The notes: generated by a model from the sequence alone, not told the origin. A DNA stretch of 64,000 bases from Candidatus Brocadiia bacterium (GCA_046538485.1 JBKHIT010000014.1:1-64000), one strand, 5' to 3'; shown: positions 9,872 to 20,280, counted from the first letter of the stretch. Numbers and translations: made by a program.

Positions 9872-10873
9872 ATGCTTATGACAGAATCGGGAACGCGTAA
9901 GAAAAACGCCGAGTCCTGGTGTTTTGTATATGTGGCTGACATACAACCGGGTTCACCCCGTTCCTTTCGGTATAATCCATCATGGCAGGCAAACTGGGAG
10001 GTGGCGAGGAAGCAGATTATTGAAGTTGATCCGGAACTGTTGTTGGTCGGCGGCGATCTCACGCGCGACGGCAGCGTTCATCCGGGCGAACTCGAGGAAA
10101 TGAGAGCCGATCTGGATCAGCTACCGTTCCCTGTGCATGCGGTTCCCGGGAATATGGATACCGGCAACAAACACACGGATGTTGTGGGGCGAAACCGCGG
10201 TCCGGATCAGTGTTCGGATGTGGAACTCAATGTAACCTCGGCCCAATTGCAGCGGTTCGCTTCCATTGTGGGACCGTTATGGTGGAGCTTCGATCACCGG
10301 GGAGTTCGGTTCTCCGGGGTTGCTGATATGGTTATCAACTCCGGTCTGCCTGAAGAGCAAGAGTTCTGGCAGTGGGCCAGGGAACAGGCCGAGCGAGAAC
10401 CTGCGGACCACCACGTGTGGATCACGCATTATCCGCCTTTTGCAGACGGGCCGGATGAACCTGATTGGGACCTAACCAGGGACGATGAATACATCGATTG
10501 GTACTTTACCATTGACCAGCCGGGACGAGGGAGACTGCTGGACCTTTTTTCAGACACCGAGACCGATATCGTAATCAGCGGGCACGTGCATTGTCATCGG
10601 GTCCGAGAAACCCGAGGAATCCGGTTTGAGATTGCGCCGGCTACGAGTTTCAGCCAGTGGGGTAAACGCTGGCCCGACGGTGACCCGACGCTGGGTTTCC
10701 TTCGATACGATGTTACTGCCGATGGTATCGAATCGACACTTGTGCCGCTCAGGAAGACACATCAGTTGGAAGGATATGGTCCGGGCGGGCATCCTGCCCC
10801 GCGCGTGCGGGATTATTCACTTGCATGGGAGAAGCCTTCGATGGAAGATGCGGGAGAGGTCGTTGAAGAGTGA
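9872..10873 (+). CDS. Calcineurin-like metallophosphoesterase
   Basis: Motifs ADIQ, GGDL, PGNMD, THYP and SGHVH in the canonical order. Confidence 0.85.
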   Translation: MLMTESGTRKKNAESWCFVYVADIQPGSPRSFRYNPSWQANWEVARKQIIEVDPELLLVGGDLTRDGSVHPGELEEMRADLDQLPFPVHAVPGNMDTGNKHTDVVGRNRGPDQCSDVELNVTSAQLQRFASIVGPLWWSFDHRGVRFSGVADMVINSGLPEEQEFWQWAREQAEREPADHHVWITHYPPFADGPDEPDWDLTRDDEYIDWYFTIDQPGRGRLLDLFSDTETDIVISGHVHCHRVRETRGIRFEIAPATSFSQWGKRWPDGDPTLGFLRYDVTADGIESTLVPLRKTHQLEGYGPGGHPAPRVRDYSLAWEKPSMEDAGEVVEE

Positions 10874-10946
10874 TTTGGGGGTCTGGAGGTCAGTTTCTAA
10901 TGCCGATTGGTTGGGGTGGAGACAATTGATATGAGTATCAGCGTCG

Positions 10947-11273
10947 ATGGCGACAGGATCAGGCTTGAAAACCCGTGGTTCTGCCGGAGAACTGATTCAT
11001 CTGGTGAGGCCCGACGGAACTCATCCGGATGCTCTCCTCCACGTGTGCCCGGAGGCCGATCCGCTGGCTCTGCTGGTTGCTTTTAACCCGGGCAAACAGG
11101 CCGGCAAAATTCAGCTGACGCTCTCGCTTCATTACGCCGGTTTCGACGATAATGCTGCGGCAAGGGTCGGCGATACCAGCGTGCGACTTGACAGCTCCGG
11201 CCGAGGATCTGCGAAAATCGAGCTGGAGCCGTTTGAAATAAAGTACTTACCGGTGCGGCGTCCTTCTAACTGA
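10947..11273 (+). pseudogene. Orphan C-terminal beta-sandwich fragment of a glycosidase-like protein
   Basis: 108 aa. IHLVRPDG..DALLHV..LLVAFNP..LSLHYAG resembles C-terminal domains of alpha-galactosidase-like proteins. No catalytic domain upstream. Confidence 0.45.
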
Positions 11274-11360
11274 GGGCATGCATGAAAAACTGCTATTTTT
11301 ATGGGCAGGGCTTCGTTTTTGGATCGATTACCACGCTATAGAAAACAGAAAGGTCTGCAG

Positions 11361-13688
11361 ATGACGAACGAATCGCGATCTAATGAGCTGGTTGCCCTAC
11401 GATTCAATTGTTTTTTTGTGGCTATTATTTTTTTGATGGTTTCGTGTTTTGAGACGCTCGAAGCGGCAGAATCCCCCCGCCTGCCGGTTTTGAAATGGCA
11501 AGACCGTTCGGACTGGGTGAATGTCAGGACCGACGTGAAGCCCGGAGCCGTTGGGAACGGTCAGACCGATGATACCGAGGCAATTCAGAGTGGGCTCAAC
11601 CAGGTGGGGACCGGTTCAACGCTGTATTTTCCACCGGGCACCTACCGAATCACTGAGACCCTGAAGCTGACCGGCCCGGCCCTGGGGGTCAGCTTAATTG
11701 GCCACGGCCGAAAAACGCGTCTGGTCTGGGACGGTCCGAAAGGCAAACCTTTGTTCCATGACGATGGAATCGCGGTCAGTCGATACGTGGGAATTGCCTT
11801 TGAGGGGAAGAACCGGGCCACTGTCGGATTCTACCACAGGTCAATGAAACGTTTTGAGACGGAGGTCAGAAATCAACATCTCGCGTTCCGCAACTTCACT
11901 GAGGCCGGAGTTGCTACGGAAAAACGTGACAAGTATGCCACGGCTGAGGTGATGTTTGAAAACTGCATTTTTGAGAACTGTGGGCGGGCGGTCAGTTTCA
12001 CCAGGTTCAATGATTACAACTATACCTTCGCCGGATGTGAGTTTTACCGAAATGATGTGGGCATTTTCTGCCAGCACGGCAATTTCTACGTGCGGGATAG
12101 CCATTTTGAGGAAAACGCGAGGGCGGATATCATCTCAAACCCGGAACATGGCAGTTCGATTCGGCGGTGCACGTCGGTGGGGTCCCAACAGTTCCTGCGT
12201 TTCACGAATCCCGTGAGTCCGATGACGATCCAGGACTGCCACGTGTCGGGCTGGAAGAGCGAGGAAGGTGCGGTATCGCTTTCCGGCGCGCCGGTGATTA
12301 TGTTCGACTGCGTTTTCACAAATCCTCCTGAAGACACGACTCCGGTTCGGATCGACCGTAACGGACAGCGGCTTATTCTCTCCCAGAATGTCGCGGAAGG
12401 TTCAAAGAAACTCGTAACGAATGCCCAAAGGGGGTCGCTCTACCGCATTCCCGCTGGAAAACGCAAAGGTGTTGTCAGGTCGTGTCATCAGAGTTTTTTC
12501 CGGGAAAAAGTGGATGTGCCGGGAAAAGTATTTGATGCAAAGACTGATTTCGGAGCTGTCGGAGACGGAAAAACGGACGATACGGAACCTGTCCAGAAAG
12601 CGATAGACGCGGCCCGAAAACACGGGAAAGATGCTATTGCCTACCTGCCCTCCGGCCGTTATGCCATCACTAAAACGCTCCAGATAACCGGTTCCGATTA
12701 CCACGTGGGAGGAACGGGTTTCCGGACCGAACTGGCGTGGCGGGGAGCCGAGGGGGGAACCATGATCGAGATCCGGGATCCCGATCATATCACCCTTGAG
12801 AATATCGCTGTCGGCCACCACGACGCCGGCAAAATGAATAACGACATCGATATCCAACAGATCGGCAACGGCCAAAGATCTTACATGATTTACGACGGCG
12901 TGTTCGCGTACGGAATGTACCAGCGGGATCCGTTCAACAAAGGTTTCCGTTTTGAGGGGCTCGGGCGGGGTTCGACGGTCGTTATGCGACACGTTCAGGG
13001 CAACTTGTGTTTCATTGATTGCGCCGAAGCGACAATTCTCGGGAACTGCACCTACGAAGGCTCGGTGATTGCTGAAGGAGGAGCGTCAGCCAAAAGCACA
13101 CGCGGCTTTCTCGGTTTTATGACGCGCCTGAGCACCGTCACGACGCACGGGCTTTATCTGCGCGACAGTTCGACCATTGTGATGAGCGATTTTTACGCCG
13201 AGCAGGCCGACAGCGGATGCGTTTTTGTCGGGGAGGCGGGGAATATGGCGGGGCGTGCGACGATTCAGGGCGCCAAAGTTGACTTTCACGGAAGCAAAAA
13301 GCGAGGAGGCAAGGGCCAGGCTCTGGATATACGCAACTACCACGGGCGGATATTCTTCGGCCACAATCAGTTCTACGCTGGCATCGGTGCCGCGAAGGTG
13401 CGCCAGCGGGGGAATAACGAAGTGGAGCTGTTTCTGATTGCCAATATGTTCTATCAAGCGGGCCTCGACGCAAAAACCACCGATGCGTTTGACCTGCAGA
13501 TGGTCGGGAATGAATGTCGTGGCAAAGTTGGCGGGGAAGGGGAGGAGAAAAGGAAATTCACCCCGCCCGACACGGACGATCCTGAAGTCCTGGGGGAGCT
13601 GACCAGGCCGATGGACGATCTTCGCCGGCTGGGCGAGTGGGATCTGCGGCTCAACTACCCCCATGTTCGAGGCGGGAGAGAAGAGTGA
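11361..13688 (+). CDS. Secreted tandem beta-helix protein (pectate lyase superfamily / GH55-like)
   Basis: Two Pectate_lyase_3 N-caps: GAVGNGQTDDTEAIQ..LYFPPGTY and FGAVGDGKTDDTEPVQ..AYLPSGRY. Signal peptide present. ORF runs from 11301; likely start 11361. Confidence 0.8.
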   Translation: MTNESRSNELVALRFNCFFVAIIFLMVSCFETLEAAESPRLPVLKWQDRSDWVNVRTDVKPGAVGNGQTDDTEAIQSGLNQVGTGSTLYFPPGTYRITETLKLTGPALGVSLIGHGRKTRLVWDGPKGKPLFHDDGIAVSRYVGIAFEGKNRATVGFYHRSMKRFETEVRNQHLAFRNFTEAGVATEKRDKYATAEVMFENCIFENCGRAVSFTRFNDYNYTFAGCEFYRNDVGIFCQHGNFYVRDSHFEENARADIISNPEHGSSIRRCTSVGSQQFLRFTNPVSPMTIQDCHVSGWKSEEGAVSLSGAPVIMFDCVFTNPPEDTTPVRIDRNGQRLILSQNVAEGSKKLVTNAQRGSLYRIPAGKRKGVVRSCHQSFFREKVDVPGKVFDAKTDFGAVGDGKTDDTEPVQKAIDAARKHGKDAIAYLPSGRYAITKTLQITGSDYHVGGTGFRTELAWRGAEGGTMIEIRDPDHITLENIAVGHHDAGKMNNDIDIQQIGNGQRSYMIYDGVFAYGMYQRDPFNKGFRFEGLGRGSTVVMRHVQGNLCFIDCAEATILGNCTYEGSVIAEGGASAKSTRGFLGFMTRLSTVTTHGLYLRDSSTIVMSDFYAEQADSGCVFVGEAGNMAGRATIQGAKVDFHGSKKRGGKGQALDIRNYHGRIFFGHNQFYAGIGAAKVRQRGNNEVELFLIANMFYQAGLDAKTTDAFDLQMVGNECRGKVGGEGEEKRKFTPPDTDDPEVLGELTRPMDDLRRLGEWDLRLNYPHVRGGREE

Positions 13689-14013
13689 TTTTGCATCTCC
13701 CGTTTTTCCAGCAGTTTTAACTCCCCGTATCTCGTCCCCGGGTGAATAAATCCGCCGGACTCGTCCCGGTGTGGTTAAGGTTTCAACCTGCAAAGGCTGG
13801 CAGCACGCACTGGAATCCGCCGTGGCTTGTCCCGGCGAATATTAGGTTTTTGGGGGGAGAAGGACGCAGGCAAGATGGCTGCGATACTATAACGACGTCT
13901 CTTTGTGGTCCCGTGCGATGAGACCCTGGCGGGTTCACTATGACAGGGGTCCTGCCTGTCAACGGTTCCGTTGCACGGAAACCGGGGAGTACAAAAACGT
14001 GACACCTCCCCCC

Positions 14014-14319
14014 GCGAGGGCGCGGTATTTTCTTGTCAGGGAAACGGAGACTCGAGTTCAGCTGAGCCCGCCGCCGGCGGGCGAAGGGGGACTTGAGACG
14101 GCCAATGTCTGGAAAATGCCAGTGCGCACGGAAATCCGACCCAATTGCACCGCGTTCTGAACTCCAGCCCCGCGGGAGCGGTTCTGAAGTCCAGTCCGCT
14201 CGTGTCTCACGCAAGCGGGACGGGATCCGGGGCCAACGACACCAGAATTGTGCAACGAAGCCGGTTCCTGTCGAGGCCCCCTTGGATCACACGTTCCTCC
14301 TATCCCGTCGCCCGGAAGC
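14014..14319 (+). repeat. Repeat mosaic: E (14014-14119), B variant (14151-14201), G (14201-14319)
   Basis: E matches 18374-18479. The B variant is identical to 18599-18649. G matches 1384-1501. Confidence 0.85.
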
Positions 14320-14471
14320 CTGGAGGCGAGTTGGTGCGAGGCGGTCTCACAGGTTATAGTGCAACGCTACGTTTTCGTCATAAAAGTTCCGTAACCTTTT
14401 GCGCGTTCAGCGATTCGCCCGTAGCTGCGTTGAACGCTCGGTGGTCAGTGATAACTGGAAGGGAAGTAGAG

Positions 14472-16625
14472 ATGACATCGCCGGATCAGTCGGAAAACGC
14501 GATGAGCAAACGGTATCTCGAGCTCGTCCTGCGCTGGACTCGCGTCGGCATGAAATGGTTTGACTGCTGGGATGGACGTCCGAACTGCGGGCATTTTTTC
14601 GGGGGCGTGCTCTGGTACGGACAGGAGACCGCCATGCCTATGGTCGCTCTTGCGACCACGGCCAGTTCTTCAGAATATGATCCGCAGGTGATCGGTATGA
14701 GCGGAGGCGAAATGCGGCAGATCTGCCGGCAATGTCTGCGCTACCTGTGCTTCATGCACGATACCGGACCAGCCGATTGCGTGCGGCCGGAGGAGAGCTG
14801 GGGGCGCACCGAACCGGCGGGAACAAAATGGGGCGAGCGTGGACGGGGATTTTTCCCGGAAAGTCAATGCGGCCGAACCATTGCCCATCTCGCCATTACC
14901 GCGTTGTTGTTACCCGAAATTGTCGGTGACGAAGAGCGGACCATGTTACAGAGCATTGCGGAAGATTACATGCAGCGGGTCAATGGCTGGCAACCACGAT
15001 CAGGTGTCTTTTTCAATACACAGACGGAAGAAAATGCATGGACCGCCGTAGGGATAGCGGCATGTATCGCTCTCCACCCAAACCACCCGGATGTCGATCA
15101 GTGGCGGGAACAGTTGAAACTCTGGGCGTTCAGAACCGTAACGCGACCGGAAGATGCTCGCGACCACAGCGTTTTCGATGACTCCCGGACCATTTCGGAG
15201 CTGTGCGGCCACACTTTTACCACTCTGCCCGACGGGACCGCCGAAAACCATGGCATCGTACACCCGAACTATATGGCTTCGGCGATCGGCCTGGCAGGGT
15301 GGGCTATAACGACATTGCGGCTGGCAGACGAAGAGGTCCCACCGCATCTCCTGCGCGGTCGGCGCGAAACCTACGAATTGTTGAAAAACTGGGCGGATAA
15401 CACTGGCACTTTTCATGCGCCTCAGGGTATGGACTGGCCTTTTTTGAAATTTTACAACGACATCTTCAATCACACGGTAGCTAATCTGTTGTGGGACGAT
15501 CCCGAAGCCGCCTTGCTGGAACGACAGGCGGTGGAAGTCGTTGAGCGTGCCAGCCGGGCTCACAACGGGCGAATAGTGCCGGAGGAAGTGGCCGAATACT
15601 GTCATGGCCAGCAGGATCCCGCTATTATGCGCGAACGAAGCGTCGCTGCGATCGCCGCAGCCTCCCTCATGCACCGTCTCATGGGGGAAGGGGCGGATCC
15701 CGTTTCCCTCGACGAGATGCAGCAGCAACGGGCCGGTGTTCAGATTTACAGACAGGGCGGTATACTCCTGCATCGTCATCAAACGGGGATAAACAGTCTG
15801 TCGTGGCGTAACTGTAGCATGGTTTTGCCTTCGCCCCCGGGTGGGATCAAACACGTCGGTCCCGCTTCCGGTTCTATGCTGGCCCAGATCGAAGTCGAAG
15901 ACCATGCGTGGAACGTCCGTCGGGTCAAACTTTGTATTCGGGAAAGCGTCGACAGAGGCTCCGCTTTGCTGGTTCAGGACCTTGCCGAGGGTAGCGTCCG
16001 CCGCCAGCTCTATTTCGCGTCTCTTCCGGATGGAAGATGTGTGACGTTGGAGCGGCTCAGGGCGCTGAAAGACATTACGGTGAATCGGCTGAGTCAGGGA
16101 TGTTTGTGCATCATGAATGATCCTTATTTTTCGGATTCTCCCGGGGAGACCGCACTGACGGTGAGCTGGGATGGAGGACAACGGACCCTGAGAGGATACG
16201 CCGGTGGAGAAGACGCGGCGGCCGAACGAATCGACCTGAACGATACCTCCTGGATCAACGTGGACAATCGTTTCGGTCTTGTTTTCCAGGGCAGTGGAGT
16301 TTCGTATTACGAAAACCAGCACCACTGGAATGTCTGGCACGCTGTCAAGGATGATCTTGTGCTGTCCGAAAATGAAACGCCCAAAAAAGTCCGCATGGGT
16401 GAAAGTATAGGCCATTTAGCCGCCCTCTGGGTCCCCGATCAAGAAGCTGACGGGACGGCGGAGGAACAGTTGGAGATTCTCCGCTGGGGCGATGAAGCGG
16501 CGGTTGTGCGGATCCGAAACGGGATGTGCACCTGCAATTTCAGTTCAGAGCCAATCGAACTTGCCGGTGAACTTGCACCCGTTTCGCCTCTTCCGGCGGG
16601 CGAACCGGGGATTGCATACACTTAA
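14472..16625 (+). CDS. Hypothetical protein, possibly polysaccharide-lyase-like (alpha-toroid + beta-sandwich)
   Basis: Long ORF whose 5' part (14145-14320) is translated repeat, so the start is ATG 14472 or 14502. Motifs NTQTEENAW and ENHGIVHPNY. Helical N-terminal half, beta-rich C-terminal half. No signal peptide. Confidence 0.55.
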   Translation: MTSPDQSENAMSKRYLELVLRWTRVGMKWFDCWDGRPNCGHFFGGVLWYGQETAMPMVALATTASSSEYDPQVIGMSGGEMRQICRQCLRYLCFMHDTGPADCVRPEESWGRTEPAGTKWGERGRGFFPESQCGRTIAHLAITALLLPEIVGDEERTMLQSIAEDYMQRVNGWQPRSGVFFNTQTEENAWTAVGIAACIALHPNHPDVDQWREQLKLWAFRTVTRPEDARDHSVFDDSRTISELCGHTFTTLPDGTAENHGIVHPNYMASAIGLAGWAITTLRLADEEVPPHLLRGRRETYELLKNWADNTGTFHAPQGMDWPFLKFYNDIFNHTVANLLWDDPEAALLERQAVEVVERASRAHNGRIVPEEVAEYCHGQQDPAIMRERSVAAIAAASLMHRLMGEGADPVSLDEMQQQRAGVQIYRQGGILLHRHQTGINSLSWRNCSMVLPSPPGGIKHVGPASGSMLAQIEVEDHAWNVRRVKLCIRESVDRGSALLVQDLAEGSVRRQLYFASLPDGRCVTLERLRALKDITVNRLSQGCLCIMNDPYFSDSPGETALTVSWDGGQRTLRGYAGGEDAAAERIDLNDTSWINVDNRFGLVFQGSGVSYYENQHHWNVWHAVKDDLVLSENETPKKVRMGESIGHLAALWVPDQEADGTAEEQLEILRWGDEAAVVRIRNGMCTCNFSSEPIELAGELAPVSPLPAGEPGIAYT

Positions 16626-16640
16626 AGGAAACCTGACAAT

Positions 16641-17420
16641 ATGAAAAACGATATCACCCGCATCGATTGTCACAACCATTGCGTGTCTGAATCGGGGCGC
16701 TGGCCGTGCGTCGATATCGTGGTTGCGAATGCGCGGAAGATGGGGATTGAAAGCACCTGTTGTTCCCATCCCATCACGACAGAGGCTCCTTCCCCCGAGG
16801 GATTTCGTAAGGGCAACGATGATATTCTGGCCTGCATGGAGCGGTATCCCGACGAAATACTGGGTCAGTGTTTTGTCAATCCCGGATACGGACAGGAGGC
16901 CCTGGACGAGATTGACCGTTGCGTGGTAGGGGGAGGAATGGTGGGCGTGAAGCTTTATCACCAGTACAGGATCGACGAGCCGGTTCAGTATCCGGTCATT
17001 GAAAAGTGCATTGAACTCGGCGTTCCTATACTGATGCACGCCGGCCATTCGGCTGTCTCCGGTGGTATGCCGGGTCAACCCCGTCTTTCCGGTGGCGAAC
17101 ACTTTGCTGAAGTCGCGCGTCGCTACCCGGAAGCGATGCTCATCTGCGCTCATATCGGCGGCGGAGGTGATTGGGAATGGCAGATTAAAGCTCTCCGCGA
17201 GGCGGATAGCGTTTATCTGGATACGAGCGGTTCGGTGATCGATGCGGGCATGATCGAACGTTGTGTGCGGGATCTCGGGGCGGACCGGTTGCTCTTTGCT
17301 ACTGATATGAACCTTGGGCGGGGGATGGGCAAATTAGTCGAGGCCGATATCGACGAAGAGGAACGCGAAGAAATATTCGGCCAGAATTTCGAGCAGATAC
17401 TGGAAAAACGAAACGTCTGA
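16641..17420 (+). CDS. Amidohydrolase_2 family metal-dependent hydrolase
   Basis: Motifs DCHNH, GVKLY, ILMHAGH, CAHIGGG, YLDTSGS and LFATD. Confidence 0.88.
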   Translation: MKNDITRIDCHNHCVSESGRWPCVDIVVANARKMGIESTCCSHPITTEAPSPEGFRKGNDDILACMERYPDEILGQCFVNPGYGQEALDEIDRCVVGGGMVGVKLYHQYRIDEPVQYPVIEKCIELGVPILMHAGHSAVSGGMPGQPRLSGGEHFAEVARRYPEAMLICAHIGGGGDWEWQIKALREADSVYLDTSGSVIDAGMIERCVRDLGADRLLFATDMNLGRGMGKLVEADIDEEEREEIFGQNFEQILEKRNV

Positions 17421-17433
17421 ACGGGAGTTCCCC

Positions 17434-18201
17434 ATGATCTACGATGCCGATACCTGGATAGGACACTGGCCTTTCCGACCGTTACCGCGTAAAAGCGCGA
17501 ATGATCTGCTCCGGCAGATGGACCGGCACGGGATCGAGAAGAGTCTTGTCGGACACCTTCATGGTTTGTTTTACAAAGATAGCCACGAGGCAAATCGGGA
17601 GCTTATTCGGGCAGTCGAGGACCACCGGGACCGGTTGGTGCCGTGTGGGCTGCTGAATCCGAATTACCATGGGTGGAGAGAGGATCTCAAACAGTGCCGG
17701 GAGGAGTTCGGGATGCCCGTGCTCCGGCTTGCGCCAGGTTACCATGAGTACAGTTACCAGGACGGATTGTGCGACGAGATGGTCGGGGCAGCCTTTGAGC
17801 TGGAGATGTGCGTGGCTCCTATCGGAAGGTTAGTGGATGCTCGCGGACGCCATCCGATCGATCCCGGACGGGAAACCGGGAGCGAAGGATTAATAGGTTT
17901 GCTTGAAAAATTTCCGCGGGACAGGTTTCTTCTGCTGAATTTTGCTTCGTTTCCAGCCGAGCTACAAAAAGAGGAACGGCCGCACTATGCGGATATCGTC
18001 CGTTTTGTCGGTGGGGCCGGGGGGGTGATGCCCACGGCACTGGATAATCACGGGGTCGGACGGTTTGTTTTTGGCACGACGATGCTGATGCGCTATGCGA
18101 AATCCGTTTTTTTAGCACTGGATCTGTGCGAGCTGGAAGAGGAGGAGCGCGATCGCATTTTGTGGAAAAACCTGGCGGAGTTGTTGCCGGAGATGGATTG
18201 A
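17434..18201 (+). CDS. Amidohydrolase_2-like protein lacking canonical metal ligands
   Basis: Same layout (MDRHGIEK, LRLAPGYH, FVFGT), but DADTW replaces the HxH motif and the terminal Asp is absent. Confidence 0.75.
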   Translation: MIYDADTWIGHWPFRPLPRKSANDLLRQMDRHGIEKSLVGHLHGLFYKDSHEANRELIRAVEDHRDRLVPCGLLNPNYHGWREDLKQCREEFGMPVLRLAPGYHEYSYQDGLCDEMVGAAFELEMCVAPIGRLVDARGRHPIDPGRETGSEGLIGLLEKFPRDRFLLLNFASFPAELQKEERPHYADIVRFVGGAGGVMPTALDNHGVGRFVFGTTMLMRYAKSVFLALDLCELEEEERDRILWKNLAELLPEMD

Positions 18202-18373
18202 GAGCGCGGCGCGAAATGATGTAAGGTCTTTTTCTTCCTGGTTGTGCGTGCGATAAATCCTGTTTGGGGAGGCATTTGTTCGTCGTTCTATCGGCCCGCC
18301 CTCAAAATTGCCGCCGGGTCGAGAGGGGCATCCGGGTAGCCGTTTGGTAGGTTGAAACATAAGGAATCTCGCT

Positions 18374-18762
18374 GCGAGGGCGGGGTATTTTCTTCTCAAG
18401 GAAATGGAGACTCGAGTTCAGCTGAGCCCGCCGTTGGCGGGCGAAGGGGGACTTGAGGCGGGCAATGGCTGGAAAATGCACCACCAGGGGACGGGATCTG
18501 GGGCAACGACATCAGTCTTGTGTTTGGATGGCAGCTTACCTCCGGCTCATCTCGGAGGTTTTTTGCGCCCGTATCCCGTCCCCGGAAACAAATTATGCCG
18601 CGTTCTGAACTCCAGCCCCGCGGGAGCGGTTCTGAAGTCCAGTCCGCTCAATCTTTCTCACCTGCGGCGCAGGGCCGGGGGGCGGAAGATAGGAGGGAGG
18701 ACGGTTCAGGAACGCGTGTAGCACAGGCTCTCCAGCCTGTGGACCGGGTCGTCAGACCCGGA
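18374..18762 (+). repeat. Repeat mosaic: E (18374-18479), G-like (18487-18587), B variant (18599-18649), C (18718-18762)
   Basis: The B-spacer-C block resembles 4883-5039, including the spacer. Confidence 0.85.
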
Positions 18763-18903
18763 TTGGTGTGGTGGACCTGCCGTCAACTTTTTTCATTCGC
18801 CCATTATCCCAGGGCTTCGAGGACTTTCAGCCCTCTGCTCTACCGATGTTGATTTCGGAAAATGAAATCGGTCCTCTCCCGTCCACGGGAACCAATTTTT
18901 TGC

Positions 18904-18970
18904 TTGACAGCCGCGTTTGTGGTGGGTAATATGTATATTCATAAAGCATACATATTTAGATGATATGTAC
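18904..18970 (+). promoter_or_regulatory. Sigma70-type promoter with overlapping inverted-repeat operator upstream of the GntR gene
   Basis: TTGACA (18904-18909), 17-bp spacer, TAATAT (18927-18932). AATATGTAT-N11-ATACATATT at 18928-18956. Extra half-site ATATGTAC at 18963. Confidence 0.7.
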
Positions 18971-19014
18971 GCAAAGGGGTTGCTCAGGGCATATTTGTCT
19001 TTTGGGAGGAGATT

Positions 19015-20169
19015 ATGCCGGTTACCCGCACGCATTTTCGGTATGAGAAAGTGGCGGAGGATCTGCGTCGGCAGGTCAGTTCGGGACAGCTTACACCCGG
19101 CGATCAGCTTCCGACCGAAAACGCGCTGGCCGAGCAATACGAAATAAACCGGCAGACGGTTCGACGGGCTTTGAGTCTGCTGGCCGATGAGGGGATCATC
19201 GTGCGGGAGAAGGGACGCGGCACGTTTGTGACGGAACCTGACGTCGCCGAAGCTGGCACCTCGCTTCTCTACGTTGGCCAGTACAACACCCATCTGTATC
19301 AGACATTCTATGCGTCGCTCTGTCGGGAGGGTCAGAAGGCGGGGATCTGGGTCAACGCACTCGATCCCAATGGGGTGGGCGGACAGGACGAGGCCCTCAC
19401 CCCAGTGACCGGGCATCTTGAAATGGGCTCTGCGTTGCTCTGTGATGCATCCGCCTGGAAAAAACTGCGCGGACATTTGCCCGAAGATACGATTCCCGAC
19501 GTTTTGATCTATACCAGCGGGGAGGCCGGTGAAGAACCAACGTTTCACGTACGCCTTGACCGCCGCGCGGCCATCCGGAAAGCGACGCAGCATCTGGCCG
19601 ATCTCGGCCATCGCAGGATTGCGTATCTGGGCACCCATCCCGAGCATCCGGACGACGATATGTTGCCCTGTCCTTTGGCCGCAAGCGAGACGTACGTGGG
19701 ATTTCGTTCCGTTTTGCTTGAGCGAGAGCTAGAAGAAGTGGCGGCTCTGGCGTACTACACCACGGAAGAAGCTGTTGATCATCTGTCTGCGGACGTGAGA
19801 GAAAAAGTCTGGTGTCCGACGGAAAGAGACGCTGAGGAGTTAATTGAGCGATTTTTAACGGAAAAGGCCTCGGACGCCACGGCTTTTGTCTGCGATGCGG
19901 ATTTCCGGGCCGTCACACTCCGTCACGTTTTAGCACGGCGCGGCGTGGATGTCCCCGGCGAGGTCAGTCTGCTCGGTGTTGGTAACACGCCCTGGAGCGA
20001 AGCCGTGAGACCAAAACTCACCACTGTATCGCTGGACGAAGAAGCCCTGGCGGCGCTGGCCCTGCAGTGTGCTCAGAATGGTCCGGCCCGACGCCCCGTT
20101 GCCTATTCCGTTTCTCCCGCGATCGTGGAGAGGAATTCGACCGGACAACCGCCCCATAAAAACACTTAG
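19015..20169 (+). CDS. GntR-family regulator with LacI-type sugar-binding domain (AraR-like architecture)
   Basis: GntR wHTH PGDQLPTENALAEQY..RQTVRRAL..GRGTFV. C-terminal HLADLGHRRIAYLG, VPGEVSLLG and PKLTTV. Confidence 0.92.
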   Translation: MPVTRTHFRYEKVAEDLRRQVSSGQLTPGDQLPTENALAEQYEINRQTVRRALSLLADEGIIVREKGRGTFVTEPDVAEAGTSLLYVGQYNTHLYQTFYASLCREGQKAGIWVNALDPNGVGGQDEALTPVTGHLEMGSALLCDASAWKKLRGHLPEDTIPDVLIYTSGEAGEEPTFHVRLDRRAAIRKATQHLADLGHRRIAYLGTHPEHPDDDMLPCPLAASETYVGFRSVLLERELEEVAALAYYTTEEAVDHLSADVREKVWCPTERDAEELIERFLTEKASDATAFVCDADFRAVTLRHVLARRGVDVPGEVSLLGVGNTPWSEAVRPKLTTVSLDEEALAALALQCAQNGPARRPVAYSVSPAIVERNSTGQPPHKNT

Positions 20170-20280
20170 GATTTGCATGTGATGGCAAAATTTCGGGGAA
20201 AACAGATCCAGCGTTCGAGAAAAGGCTTAAATGGATGGTGATATTTACGGAAACAACATCGGAAAAGGAGGATGTTGCAG

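Noticed and set aside
14145..14471. N-terminal 109-aa extension of the 826-aa ORF
   Set aside because: It is mostly read-through of repeats B and G; the same peptide (VLNSSPAGAVLKSSPL) appears in a spurious ORF at 18404.
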